DNA from: Sphaerodactylus townsendi
Taxonomy: Eukaryota
Direction: 5' to 3'
DNA: 64,000 bases
Assembly (NCBI RefSeq): GCF_021028975.2
Contig: NC_059430.1
Coordinates: 99,820,001 to 99,884,000 of the forward strand
The notes under the pieces were generated by a model that was given only the letters and a program-made list of their open reading frames with translations, was not told the DNA's origin and searched no databases. Every line of letters begins with the position of its first letter. Position 1 is the first letter of the stretch. Shown in pieces: positions 52,662 to 64,000 of the stretch. The position numbers were made by a program, and so were the translations under genes.

Positions 52662-54446
52662 TATGTTGAGCTGCCACCCCCCAAAAAAGGCCTGGTATGT
52701 GGCCCACTTTTACAAATGATTTTACAATAAAACGAAGGTAAGTGCTGCTATTTAGATCTGCCTACTTAGATATACTCGGAAAGGAAGCCCTGTTGCAAAA
52801 CAGGAACTCCTAGCTAGGTTACTAGCAGATACTAATCTTAATGTGACTTTAGCAGTTGCAAAATTCCTGACTCTGGCAACAGGCAGCCCAATCCATGGGG
52901 AAGTGAGTGTGAATCCCCTTCTGGAGCAGATGCACCCGTGCTAGTGGAAATGCCATCTCCGCCAGCGCAAGGAGGAAATGCGTCAGTGGGGGGCTACTTA
53001 ACCCTGGTGGGTGGGTGCTGTGGTGGCTCCACAGCGCCTGGCCTGAAAGCTGCCTGTCCTGGCCAGGCCCACTGGTGCGAAACGCTGCACTGGTGTGGCA
53101 AGGAATGGGCTGGGGCAGAAGGAGGTAGAACTGACTTAGCCAGCTTCCACTGGCCTAACCGGCCCCCACGTGCTGGTGGCCTGGCTTGGAGATACACCAC
53201 ATGTTCTGTGGCGTAACTCCGTTTTCCCCTACGGAGATTCTCAGGCGAATCCTTTTTTTAAAAAAATGTTTTGGGCTTTCCTGCAGCGCAGTACAGGGGT
53301 GGCACCATCACTTTCTGCCACCCCAATCTGGACTGGACGTTTAATGGCGCTACTTCTTAAATTTTAACTGAATAATTTTGAATGATATAACTATTTAAGT
53401 TTTTACAAAGCTGTAAATGTAAAAACTTTAATTGAATGTTGTGTATGTGAATTTTAGATATGCTGTTTATAAATGTACCCTTCTCCTTTTGCTCATGACT
53501 TTTGGTCTATGAGCACTAAATAAATGAATGGAATGAAGATCTACCTTTCCAATTTGACCCCAAAAGAACATTGACTCTTCTTCAGATACATGCCCCAGAT
53601 GCGTTTGGGGGTTTACCTAAAGCTCTAAATCCACATTTCACTTCTGCGAGAGCAAGTAATCTGGCTCTAAAAGGAGTGACTGGATCTTCGGTCACTCCAG
53701 ATAGATCAGATTCACCTGCCCTCAAGAGTGTTGCCTGTTGCATCTCTGCATGTCAACATTTTGCACATACCTCCCTTCCAGCCAGGAAGCAAACGAAGGT
53801 CTGCGAAATGCTTGACTACTCCAGGCAGATGCCTCAGAAGTGACCCTTTTTGGATGTGAGGCCACTCCAGGCTTCTGGAGAACATTGGCTCGAAGTTCCA
53901 TTTTTTTAGAAGCTGAACCTTCACAGAAGGTTCTGGAAGATGTTTCCGTGACGTTTCCTGCACCTACAACCTGCTCTAAAGCCAATCTAAAAACGATTCA
54001 CTAAAAGTTTCTCCCGCTTATCCTGAGTAGGTTACTCCTCACCTGCACTTGCTACTTCAAATAAGTTCCGCGACATAAGAGAGCAAAAGGACGCCCGGCA
54101 AACAGACTTCTTTTGGCACACTGCTTCCCTGCAGACAAGATAAACAACCCACAGCTGGCAAGCCAATGCATAAACGGTCACGAGTTCTTGGAAATGCGCT
54201 AGCGGGAGCAATTTGCTCTGCTGCAAAAGCAGCGATTTTATGCTAAAAGCACACTCTTCGTCTAGAAGGAAAGCCAACCGCCTGGCACTGGAGCTGGAAC
54301 CGCACACCGTGCCTAATGAGGAAGCCGCTCGTTAAGAGCAAAAAGGGTAATTAGCAGTCCAATTTTCTTCCAAAGCTAAAAGTTAATCTCATCATTTGCA
54401 TGGTGGATTTTCCCCCCTTCTCCTCCCCTGGTTTTGTTTTCGCAAG

Positions 54447-54493
54447 AGAAATTACAGCAACAGTTTAAATATGCTTCCTCCTGCTGTTTCTGA
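54447..54493 (+). pseudogene. HCRTR1: Degenerate remnant of the terminal coding exon of an orexin receptor at the HCRTR1 position (helix 8 and CC motif): KLQQQFKYASSCCF*
   Basis: Polypyrimidine tract plus AG (54445-54446), then 2 nt, then AAA TTA CAG CAA CAG TTT AAA TAT GCT TCC TCC TGC TGT TTC TGA. 8/14 identities to recalled human OX1R KFREQFKAAFSCCL. Strand, splice phase and TINAGL1-x-PEF1 position match mammalian HCRTR1; premature stop follows. Confidence 0.7.
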
Positions 54494-55796
54494 GGCGGCA
54501 AACACCTTCATCCTGACAAGAGTTTCCTGAGACGGCTAAGGAAACACCCCAAGGTGGGGTGGCTGGCCCCCAGGGAGTGGAAGCAGAGAGCTGAAAAATG
54601 GGGGAGATCATGTTTTATATGGGGCCTGTTGCAGCTTGGAGAATTTCCCCTACCCAAATGCAGAAAGGGAAAAAAGCCCTCTTTACCTGGGGTTCTGCAC
54701 CAACCAAACTGTACAGAATTCTGTTCTCAAAATAAAGTGAGTTGTTCAAATTGGATTCAATGTGCCTGCATTTAAACAGCATGAGATTCCATTGCCAAGG
54801 CTGGCTGACAGCTAAGAGAATCCTCTGTGCTGAATGCCGACTATCTCAGAATACCAGATGCTGGGGATTAGAATCAGGAGAAGGCCATTCCCTTCATGCC
54901 CTCTGCCTGCGGGCACCACAGCCATCTGGCTCATTACTGATTCTGGAAGCAGAAGGCTGGCCAGGGCAGAATCAGACCTTTGGGGTGACCACGCAGGCAG
55001 CTTTTCATGTTCTTAACATTCACCTGTGCTAAAAGCCTGGGTTATTCCATCAATGAACAAAGCCCTACCTGGCACAGAATCTGCAGATACCCTGAAAGAG
55101 GCAGAGAGAGTGAAACCAGTAAAGGCATCATGTCTAGGACTAGCCCCTCCTGGTACCAGCCCCCCACCCCACCCCATTTAGAAGAAACAATTCCTCTCTG
55201 CAGTTGGGATGAATTTGTTCTGTTGCGTATTGTTAAGTTCCACTCACCCTCTCCACAATTACCTCCCCCAATCCCAGTCAAGAGCTTGTATGTGGCTTAT
55301 CCTTGATACAATTTAAAAGCCCTTTATAGCCACCCAGTGCTTTTGTGACAGCGCAGTGCGATTGGCCCAGAAACTAATTTGGATTACCAGGACTCAGATA
55401 TAAAACATGGCAGCAGCTTATCTCTCACTTCTAGAAATTAATAATGATAATGGTATGTACCTTAGAGATACATGCTGTGCTCTACCATCCTTAGATCAGA
55501 GAGGGTATGCCCATGTGAACTAAAACAAGTGGAATTATTTTTGCCCAAGCTGTGTCCCTCCACACCACATTCCGTACTTGTTTGCTGAGCTAGCAGGTTC
55601 ACTCCATTTCCTCCCCTTCCCCGCCTGCTGCTTTTTAATGATCACATTTGTATCCCACCTTTCCTTGGAGGAATCCCATGGTTGTACATCCCATTTTATC
55701 CTCACAACAACCCTTTGGGACAGATTCGGTAGCACCATTATGAGGAAATGGGGGGGGGGGGAATGAGAGAGAAGAATTGCTTGGTTCTTAGGACTC

Positions 55797-55802
55797 TTTA
55801 AT
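55797..55802 (-). promoter_or_regulatory. Candidate PEF1 poly(A) signal (ATTAAA), giving a ~1 kb 3' UTR
   Basis: tttaat on + strand is ATTAAA on - strand; a pyrimidine-rich tract follows in transcript direction. Confidence 0.5.
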
Positions 55803-56744
55803 GGAGAGTTTCACTTCAGTATAAATACATGATTTTGGCCTCTTTAAAAACAAACAAACACAAGAGCAAAAAGTTGGCTACTGGGGAAGAATATAAAAAC
55901 AAAACAAAAACCCAGAAGGAGTTGAACTGGTTGTTGGCACACATACATAAAAAAGCTTGTACTTAAGTGCTTCAAATGGAAAATCCAAGGTGATACATTG
56001 ATCAGAGGACCACTCTAAAGTTTTAGGCAGAAGGGCCCCCTGGAGGAATCTTGGCCAATAATCTTATGACTGCTTAATGACAAAAAGGGACATTGAGTAA
56101 AATATGTGTGTCAAGCAATACAGGCATCTCCAGTGCTGTCAGGCACCAATGTATCTCACAAAAACAGAACACACACACACACAAACATGGTCTCCCTTCG
56201 GTGTTGTTTTTCTGCTTCAGCAGGTCAAGATTGCCCAAGGCAGACTCTTACTGAGTTATGGTACACAAACTCTGGAAAGGGTAGTCAAGAACTTTTTCCG
56301 AAGCCACAGTAAACTGTGATTGAAAGTTGACATTTTTTCTTCTAGGGGAAGGGAGAAAAGGGAGAAAGAAGCGAAATTTCTGCAAACTGCAATGGCAACT
56401 GCACGGCACACATATTTTGTATACACTGTGCAACTGCATAGCGTACATATTTTGGCTCTGGGCTGTCATTCACCCCCTAACAGAGCTTCTTCAAGGCAAA
56501 CTATTACAATCAGTTCAAACCGATTCTACAATGCTTCTGAAGAACCCATCTGATTAGTTCTTGGCATCATGCAAATCAACAGAAGGGGTGGGCTTCATTT
56601 GGCTCCGCTCACCAACATCCCCCAGATGAAGTGTCCGACTGCTCTTCTGTAGAGGGTCTCACTTCTGGGTCTCTGCTGGAATTGACAATGTTCCTTTTAT
56701 ACAAGCATCAGAAACCTCCAATATCTTCATGATCTCAAGCAGCA

Positions 56745-56974
56745 TCACAGCATGCGAGTGGCTGACATCGTAAGGAAATCTTCGTAGTTGATCCGTGCAT
56801 TGCCTGTCATGCTGGTATCCTTCTCCCGGAAGGCTTCGGTCATGGTTTGCAGCAAGGTGCAGATCTGGATGAAGCGGTCCAACTGGATGCCAGGGCTGTT
56901 GGCCTTCTGGGAGTACCGTGACAGCAGCAGCTGGGAAAACTGGGGGCTCAGATTATATCCCATTTGAGACAGTG
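56745..56974 (-). CDS. PEF1: PEF1 last coding exon: [76 protein letters not shown]
   Basis: gtcctag acceptor; 230 nt to TGA; penta-EF-hand C-terminus ending in RML as in human. Exons 2-5 total 813 nt in frame. Confidence 0.97.
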
Positions 56975-57275
56975 CTAGGACAAAGGGAACAGAGAAAGAA
57001 TGAAGAATATCTACTTGGCATAGCTGTGAGTGGAAAACACAGAGGTCACAAGTTCACACCAAAGAGCCAATCTGAATGTGGCAACCCTTTACGTGATCTT
57101 CTGATTGGCAGTGGTCATCCAGAGCCAGGATTTCAACAACCACCCAAAAGCTGCAGATGTGCTGAACATTCTCATGGCCCCAGCTGCAATGGCATTGCTG
57201 CCTTTTCCTCAGCATTGAACCTCCACTGCCTCCTCCAACAACATATGTCTAATGAAGGGAGCTTTGACTCTTGAA

Positions 57276-57591
57276 GGAGCAGCAGTGGCGTAGTGGCTAA
57301 GAGCAGTGGCTAAGAGCAGGTGCACTCTGATCTGGAGGAACCGGGTTTGATTTCCAGCTCTGCCACTTGAGCTGTGGAGGCTTATCTGGGGAATTCAGAT
57401 TAGCCTGTACACTCCCACACATGCCAGCTGGGTGACCTTGGGCTAGTCACAGTTTCTCGGAGCTCTCTCAGCCCCACCTACCTCGCAGGGTGTTTGTTGT
57501 GAGGGGGGAAGGGCAAGGAGATTGGAAGCCCCTTTGAGTCTCCTACAGGAGAGAAAGGGGGGGATATAAATCCAAACTCTTCTTCTCTTCT
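57276..57591 (+). mobile_element. Young Squam3-like SINE in the last PEF1 intron, inserted into a Penelope-like fragment
   Basis: TSD TCTTGAA (57269-57275, 57592-57598); 13-bp head duplication agtggctaagagc. Confidence 0.88.
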
Positions 57592-57870
57592 TCTTGAACA
57601 CTTATACCCTGGAAATCTTGTTAGTTTTTAAGGTGATGCTGTGTTCAAATCTTACTCTTCCACTGCAGACCTCTATGTAACCACCTTACTCTAAAACGTG
57701 TATTTCTTTGATACCCCATTCTACATTTCCACATTGCCACTAGCTTTACTGACCCAAAACACAGCTAGCAAATCTCGTGGAATTCCTGCCACACCCCCTA
57801 CACTAGGCACTCTGAATTGAAACTTGAGGCACCTTCTTCAGAGCTGCTGCTGGACTCTACCTGCCCTGCT

Positions 57871-58111
57871 GCGTGGTGTAGTGGTTAAGAGTGGCCGACT
57901 CTAATCTGGTAAAGTGGGTTTGTCTCCCTGCTCCCCCACATGAAGCCTGCTGAAAGGCCTTGGGCTAGTCACAGTTCTCTTGGAACTCTCTCAGGCCCAA
58001 CTACCTCACAAGGTGTCTCTTGTGGGGAGAGGAAGGGAAGCGGTTTGTAAGCTGCTTTGAGATTTCTTACAGTTGAGAAAAGTGGGGCATACAACCAAAC
58101 GACAAGAACTC
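57871..58111 (+). mobile_element. Squam3-like SINE
   Basis: gcgtggtgtagtggttaagag head and family core. Confidence 0.8.
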
Positions 58112-58219
58112 CCTCTCCCCCTTCCCAACATTCGGACAAATAACCTACACACTCAGCCAGCCAAAGCCAGCTTAATTGATCCCCAGTCCACACGTTTTGC
58201 AGGGTATAGAATGTTCTTC

Positions 58220-58430
58220 ACCCTGACCTGGCTGGCCCAGACTAGCCTGATCTTGTTAGATCTCAGAAGCTGGGTCAGTCCTGGTTAGAACTTGGATGGA
58301 CGACCACTAAGGAAGTCCAGAATTGCTATGCAGAGGCAGGCAATGGCAAACCACCTCTGAACGTTTCTTGCCTTGAAAACCCTATAGGGTTGCTATAATT
58401 TGACTGTGTCAACAAGACTTTCCACCAACA
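58220..58430 (+). mobile_element. 5S-rRNA-headed Sauria-like SINE; other copies near 13845-14037, 46112-46300 and 41750-41915 (-)
   Basis: Head gcctgatcttgttagatctcagaagct...cctggttagaacttggatgg resembles the 5S internal promoter; tail ggcaatggcaaaccacctctg...ttgccttgaaaaccctataggg. Confidence 0.75.
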
Positions 58431-58723
58431 GCTGTTTTCCTCTCATAAGGCACTAATGGACCGGTTAGGCCCTGCAACAAAGACTGAAAAACTGGATCTC
58501 GTGGGTTGGTCAATGGGGGCTCAGCCCTAGAGAGGCAGCATTCTGGTCTCTGCCAGCTCTGACGGGGGACGTTTACTGACCTAGGAAGGGCAATCTGGTC
58601 AGGATTGGCAGCCTGGTGTGAAAGCCACCCCTCTGCATGGATCTCGCAATGAGCAACAGCCCTGCCGTGAGAGAGTCACAGGTTACAGCCACCTTCTGAA
58701 GATTCCAAAGGCCAGCTTCTCAC

Positions 58724-58867
58724 CTTGGTGCAGCTCATTACAATTGATACTTCCTGATTGATCACGGTCATACTGTTGGAAAAGGTTCCGCCACTGCTGG
58801 ATGAAGCGCCACAGAGCTGAGAACCCATAGAGATCAATCCGCCCAGACTTTGTTTTATCAAACATGT
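58724..58867 (-). CDS. PEF1: PEF1 exon 4: [48 protein letters not shown] (EF-hands 2-3)
   Basis: cggcag acceptor and G|gtgaga donor; 144 nt. Confidence 0.97.
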
Positions 58868-60290
58868 CTGCCGAAACAGAAAAGGTGGGGGAGGGGAAAA
58901 CAGGACTCTTAAGAGCAGTGCGAAAGAAGAGGCTTCTATGACCCATGACAGACAAGATTTTTTTTCCCAGGCAGAAGGCAGTGTGCACACCTGAATATAC
59001 ATGATGCTGCCTTATAATGAACCAGACCATTAAGATCAGTATTGTCAGTTCCGACAGGAAATGGTTTTCCAGAATCTCAGGCAGAGGCCTTTCTCATCAC
59101 CTACCACCCAGTTCTTTTAACTAGAGATGCCGGGGATTCAACCTGGAATCTTCTGCATGTAAAGCTGAGGCTGTGCTATTGAGACCAAAGCTGACAGTGA
59201 AACAGGTTTTGCAGGTTTCTAGGGAGTTTCAAAACCTGCTTGACCGGAGAAAATGCTGTGATCAAAGAAAAATGTGCACACACCAAGACCCACAAAAACT
59301 GTCAAGCCCTGTCAAATCTGTCTAATGTGCACTACCTTTGTGGTAGAGTCTTAATAACAGAGTCTGACAGAAAGATCAGGCACAGAGACACTTCTAGCTG
59401 TTCTGTAATGAAACTTGCCCCAAATAAAACGTGAACATCTCTTGAATGCAGTGCAAAACTTAGATGTCAAAAGTGAGTGGAAGGAAACTGTGATGGATTC
59501 TGAAAAATACCAATCCCCTTTAGTCCTGTTCGGTGTGTGAGCCAAGAATCTACCAGCCAATCAAGATCCCTGTATTTTGGTAACCATACCCAAGCACTAG
59601 ATATGCTAAGACATACTGCATTCAGACACAATAAGCCATCAGGAAGCCAGGATGTGGAAAAACAGGTTAATGGACTCAAAGACACACCTCCAATTCCTGC
59701 ACAAAAATATGGGTAAGAGTTAACAGTTAAAATTTCAGTTAGTGGGAAAAAACTAACTCAGGTTAACTTCCTTCCCTGCACTCCTACATATGGATAAACA
59801 GAGTTGGTTTCTAACACAGGGGGGTGGAACAGCCCTGGAAAAAGAATCCCGCTCCCAAAGAAGGGAGAGAGTCTGCCTGGTGAGCCCCAAAGAGGTGCCC
59901 AGGTAAGGAAGAACCAGGCCGGCATATTCCTCACCATAGTGAGTCCTCTTTTCCCGTGTCTCTGGTTCTTGCCCTCCCCTCTCTCTGGTTTGGGGTGGCC
60001 TTGGTCGGGGCTGTGTGTGGCTCCAATAAAGGGACATGCCTCTTGGCCAACAAGCTCCCAGAACTCTCCCTAGTGGCCTTGACCAATCTTCTCCTGGCTT
60101 CCAACTGAGATGGTCCATGAAAGAAGGTTGAAGGGAAAATGAGATGGTTGATTGTGCAGCAAACCAGGTTCACACGCACCCTGGCATCCTGTCAGCTTGC
60201 TGTGATGTTTGGACACTGACTCCGAGGGATAATTTGCCAGACCTCCAGCCCCCACTTGTCACCACCATCCCCACCCTGGCCTCAACTCAC

Positions 60291-60446
60291 TCATCATCAT
60301 CAAACAAGTTTCATCGTTGAAGGCGGACCAGTTGGAATTGACGAGGGCCTGCCGGAGCTCTTTGAGGGAGATGTAGCCACTGTGGTCACTATCCACGCTC
60401 TGGAACCAGGAGAAGGCTTCCGGGTCCACGCCATGGGGGACAGCAC
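60291..60446 (-). CDS. PEF1: PEF1 exon 3: [52 protein letters not shown] (EF-hand 1)
   Basis: ccagcag acceptor and A|gtgagt donor; 156 nt; near-identical to recalled human peflin. Confidence 0.97.
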
Positions 60447-62303
60447 CTGCTGGGAGAGGGCAATACACAGGCTAGCAGAGGGCAGCGGAGCAAGGCACAT
60501 CAGATACCTGCTGCTACTGGCCATCTGCATCTCAGCTCAGAAGCTGCCAGATTTCAAGCAGCTGGAACGGAAGGGATCAGACAGTGCCACTCTCTTGCTG
60601 AGTCAGCAGTCCTTTCGAGAAAAAGCTTCTTCTTTTTTTTTAAATGGCCAAGTTATTAATCCTGCGAAAGAAGACTCAATCGCAGCAGGGACCCGGAGCC
60701 TTGTAAAAACACACGGAAAATAAATGAGATCTCTTCAGATACTTTATAAAGTTGAGTGCAAACATGCGGAAGTTGTGTCGTTTCAGCAGGATGTAAATGC
60801 TGCCCGGTTACGGAAGACAGATGCACGGCAATAAAGTTTTATATCCGCCACTCGGGGCAGCGGCTTCGGTGCTTTCCTGCTCCCACCTTGCTGCCTTAAA
60901 TAATGCAATGGGGGCATATTTCCAAACTGCCAGTCTAAATGGAGATGAATAATTCAATTAGCGACTGCTGCTTCGATTCTGCGGCGCAAAGCATGTGTCA
61001 AGTGCTCGACATGCACTTCAAGAGTCCCTTAAGTGATAGATGCCAAAGATAGATGGCTGGCTTCCTTACAGCCCTTTTTTACAAGGCACAGAGAACAAAG
61101 TCTCAGTGACTTGGCAAATCCCAGTGGTTCCAATGATCGTGTTCACACTGAGATACGTTGAAATGGTTAGAAGGCCAAAACAGGAGCAGACAGATCTGGA
61201 TGCAAATCCCCGTTGGGTTATCTCTCAGCCAAGCCTACTTTGCAGGGTTGTTGCAAAGACAAAAAGGGCAAATCATGGACACCGGCCTGTGGATCTGGGT
61301 GGAAGTCAGGATAAAATGCTAATCTAATAAATAAGCACAACATTCAGAAAAACCTAACTAGTGTTCCATGATATCTGGCCAAAACCTTTTGCAGTGTGCA
61401 GATACAGCCCAAACAAGGGACAGGGTGGGGTAGTGGATAGCTCTAATTTACCAAAGCTCTCAACCCAGTCATCTGGAACAATTTAACACTCCTCACAAGG
61501 ACAAGCACAAGACTTTTACAATCCTACTCTCAAAGTTATTTCTGATGACAACTCAAAATCCCAGGTTTTTTGTTCTGCTTAAGGGAACTCATGCAAACAC
61601 AGGGCCTAGATTAACATTTACAGCCATTCTTCTTTTCTAAGCCCTTGCAATGTGGAAGATATTTTGAATTTGAAATACCCAAATCAGAATCAGATTCTCA
61701 AAACTTTATGCCTAATAAAGGTTTACTGTACTGTACTATTCTCAAAACTCAGATCTAAAATTGAATTTCTAAACCAAGCAGATTTTGACATCCAGATGAG
61801 ATACTGCGGGAGGGGTCCCAGTTTTTGTTGAAATACAAGAAGTGAGAGACTGAAATCTGGACTCCCTCCCTCCTTCCTTAAGAACATGGTATTCAAGGTT
61901 TTGTGAGGGGGCAAAATCATCAAAATAATTAAGATTTAAAAAGCCATTCAGGTTAGCAATGCCAGGTAATTAGGAGATGCTGTTTATACAACACAAGCAA
62001 GTAAGTAGCCATTGCTTTATTACAGAATAAAAGTCACGAAGTCATTGGACCAGTAGATCTGCATTTGATATTGTGAAGGATACTGTGAAGGATTCACCAT
62101 TATGTGCTGTCAATGTCTTCAAAACATGGGGTCTGGCAAGAAGTAGCATTCTCAGTGCTACTTTGGAGAAATGCTGGAGCATTCACAGCCAAATCCCAAG
62201 ACCTATCAGAGTACAAAAATATGGGCCTTCACCATGAACCTATCATTCAATAGGCACCAATCCAACTAATCCCCTTAACCTCTAAAGGTACTTTAGAACT
62301 CAC

Positions 62304-62586
62304 CCCCAGGGCCTCCTGCCCCATAGTGTCCAGGCTGAGCGGGGCCATATGGATTAGTAGATGGTTGCCCATAAGGTCCTCCTGGTGCTGAACCTCCTCC
62401 ATACAGGCTTCCTGGGGGGGCAGAAGCTGGATGTCCATATGGTCCTCCACTAGATGGTGGCCCATAAGGACCACCGGGTGCTGCTCCACCGTAGGGAGCC
62501 CCAGGAGGTGGCCCTCCTCCATATTGGCCACTAGGATAGCCCCCCTGGGGAGCTCCTGGTGGTTGTCCTGCAGATCCAGGGTAGCC
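62304..62586 (-). CDS. PEF1: PEF1 exon 2: Gly/Pro/Tyr-rich N-terminal region with (A)PGGPYG-type repeats
   Basis: ttccacag|GGC TAC acceptor and G|gtgagt donor on the minus strand; 283 nt; [13 protein letters not shown]...APGGPYGPP...GGPYGHP...APGGPYGQP as in peflin. Confidence 0.95.
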
Positions 62587-63169
62587 CTGTGGAAGAAGGA
62601 AACTGCCGTGAGTGACTGAGCTGATCATTGGAAACAGAAAAAAACAAACACCACAAGTTCTAGATCCCTAGATCTCCTGGATACGTAGGAGATTGGGTCT
62701 GGGAGGACAGCAAGAGGCAAGCAAGGAGAACCAGCAAGGACTCAGGATGTACATCCAAGATACACTGGCCATAGAGTAGTTCTCTATGAGTGGTGATACC
62801 AATGTATGCAAAGGCAGGGATTGGTAGCTGTTCCAGATAGATTATTCTGAAGCAAGACTGAAGTATTGATCTGGGAGTCTCTGGAACCACAGGGGAACCA
62901 GGAATGGGTCTCTCAGACTCAGTGTTTAGGAGTCTGCAACATATGAAATCTTCTGTCTCTCAGCCACACATCCCCTTGCTTTACCTTCCCTCCCTGGAAG
63001 ACACCAACAGACTTAAAAACTGTACACAAAGCATTGTGGTTTTTTAATGGCATGGAATTTACTTTCCATTGGCAAAATATTTGGGTGCAAACATGAATCA
63101 CAATGGATAGCTTGATGCTTTCTTGCTGAACCTGCAGAACAAGAAATGACTGAGTCACAACATCAGAAG

Positions 63170-63400
63170 GGTAGGTTTTTATACCCCACTTTTCTCTATC
63201 TTAAGGAGTTTCGAAGTGGCTTACAATCAACATTCCCTTTCTCTCTCCAGAACAGGCACCTCTGTGAGGTAGGTGGGGCTGAGAGAGTTCCGAGAGATCT
63301 GTGACTGGCCCAAGGTCACCCAGCTTGATTCATGCGGAGAAGTATGGAATCAAGCCTGGTTCTCCAGATTAGCATCTGTCACTGTTAAGCATTACTCATC
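63170..63400 (-). mobile_element. Squam3-like SINE
   Basis: gtgaggtaggtggggctgagagag...gtgactggcccaaggtcacccagc. Confidence 0.75.
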
Positions 63401-64000
63401 TTGATCTAGAAAGGGTAGCTGAACTGACATCTTCACAGCCCATTCACAGGATAACATACTAATGACACTTACAACCCCATGCAGGCAGCATGTATGGGGT
63501 AGATGTTTCCTGTTGGATACATCTGCCCAGACATTTCCAGCAGTAAGATGTCAAGGTGAAATCATCCACAATACAGGATTAAGAACAAACATCTCTTGCC
63601 ACTCTTCACTGAGAAGGCTGTATATCACATGCACACTGGGTCCACTCTGTCTGGAAGCGGGACAACATCTCCTGGCTACAAAAGCCTGGCTGGTTACCTT
63701 GAAGTTTTGGGTCCGCCTGTGCTTTAACTCAGATACTGACAGTCTTATATATCTTATCCTCCCTCAGCTTCATGAATCTAAGTGGTGGCGGGCAGTGGAA
63801 ACTAAAATACTTTCCCTGGGATTTTCCTGGGAAGCCTTGCAAATGCTGCCTGCTCCTGAAATCTTCTCTCAATTAAGAAGGCGACTATTAGATCAAGAGT
63901 TTCAAGTTCTGCAGGACAAGGCGAGAAGCAATTGCTCTCCCCTCTTTTTTAACATCAAATTTAAAATCAATCATATGGCAGATTATTTGAGTTTACTTCA

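Noticed and set aside
57276-57365. tRNA-like A/B boxes
   Set aside because: These form the head of a Squam3-like SINE, not a tRNA gene.
58240-58320. 5S rRNA-like sequence
   Set aside because: It is degenerate and fused to a Sauria/BovB-type tail, so it is a SINE head and not a functional 5S gene.
63400-63432. Possible PEF1 exon 1 (AGCTACCC on the minus strand)
   Set aside because: The ATG is out of frame, an in-frame stop follows, and there is no donor site or CpG island. Exon 1 is probably beyond position 64000.

Overview
This is vertebrate genomic DNA, not prokaryotic. The repeat content (Squam3-like tRNA SINEs, 5S-Sauria-like SINEs, CR1, Penelope fragments, many hAT MITEs) points to a squamate, probably a gecko. 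Two convergent spliced genes are present. The last nine coding exons of TINAGL1 lie on the + strand (6689-25954), and coding exons 2-5 of PEF1 (peflin) lie on the - strand (62586-56745). All junctions are GT-AG with consistent phases. The 5' exons of both genes were not found in the window. In human, HCRTR1 (orexin receptor 1) lies between these two genes. Here the gap-free ~30 kb interval has no intact GPCR. It does contain, at 54447-54493 on the expected strand, in the expected position and in the expected splice phase, a degenerate copy of the orexin-receptor terminal exon (KLQQQFKYASSCCF* vs KFREQFKAAFSCCL). This is a probable fossil of a lost OX1R gene in a non-mammal and is the main finding. 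Weaker, by-eye candidates for other HCRTR1 exons and several transposon observations are also reported. Almost all ORFs in the supplied track are spurious. Homology calls rely on recalled reference sequences and no searches were run.
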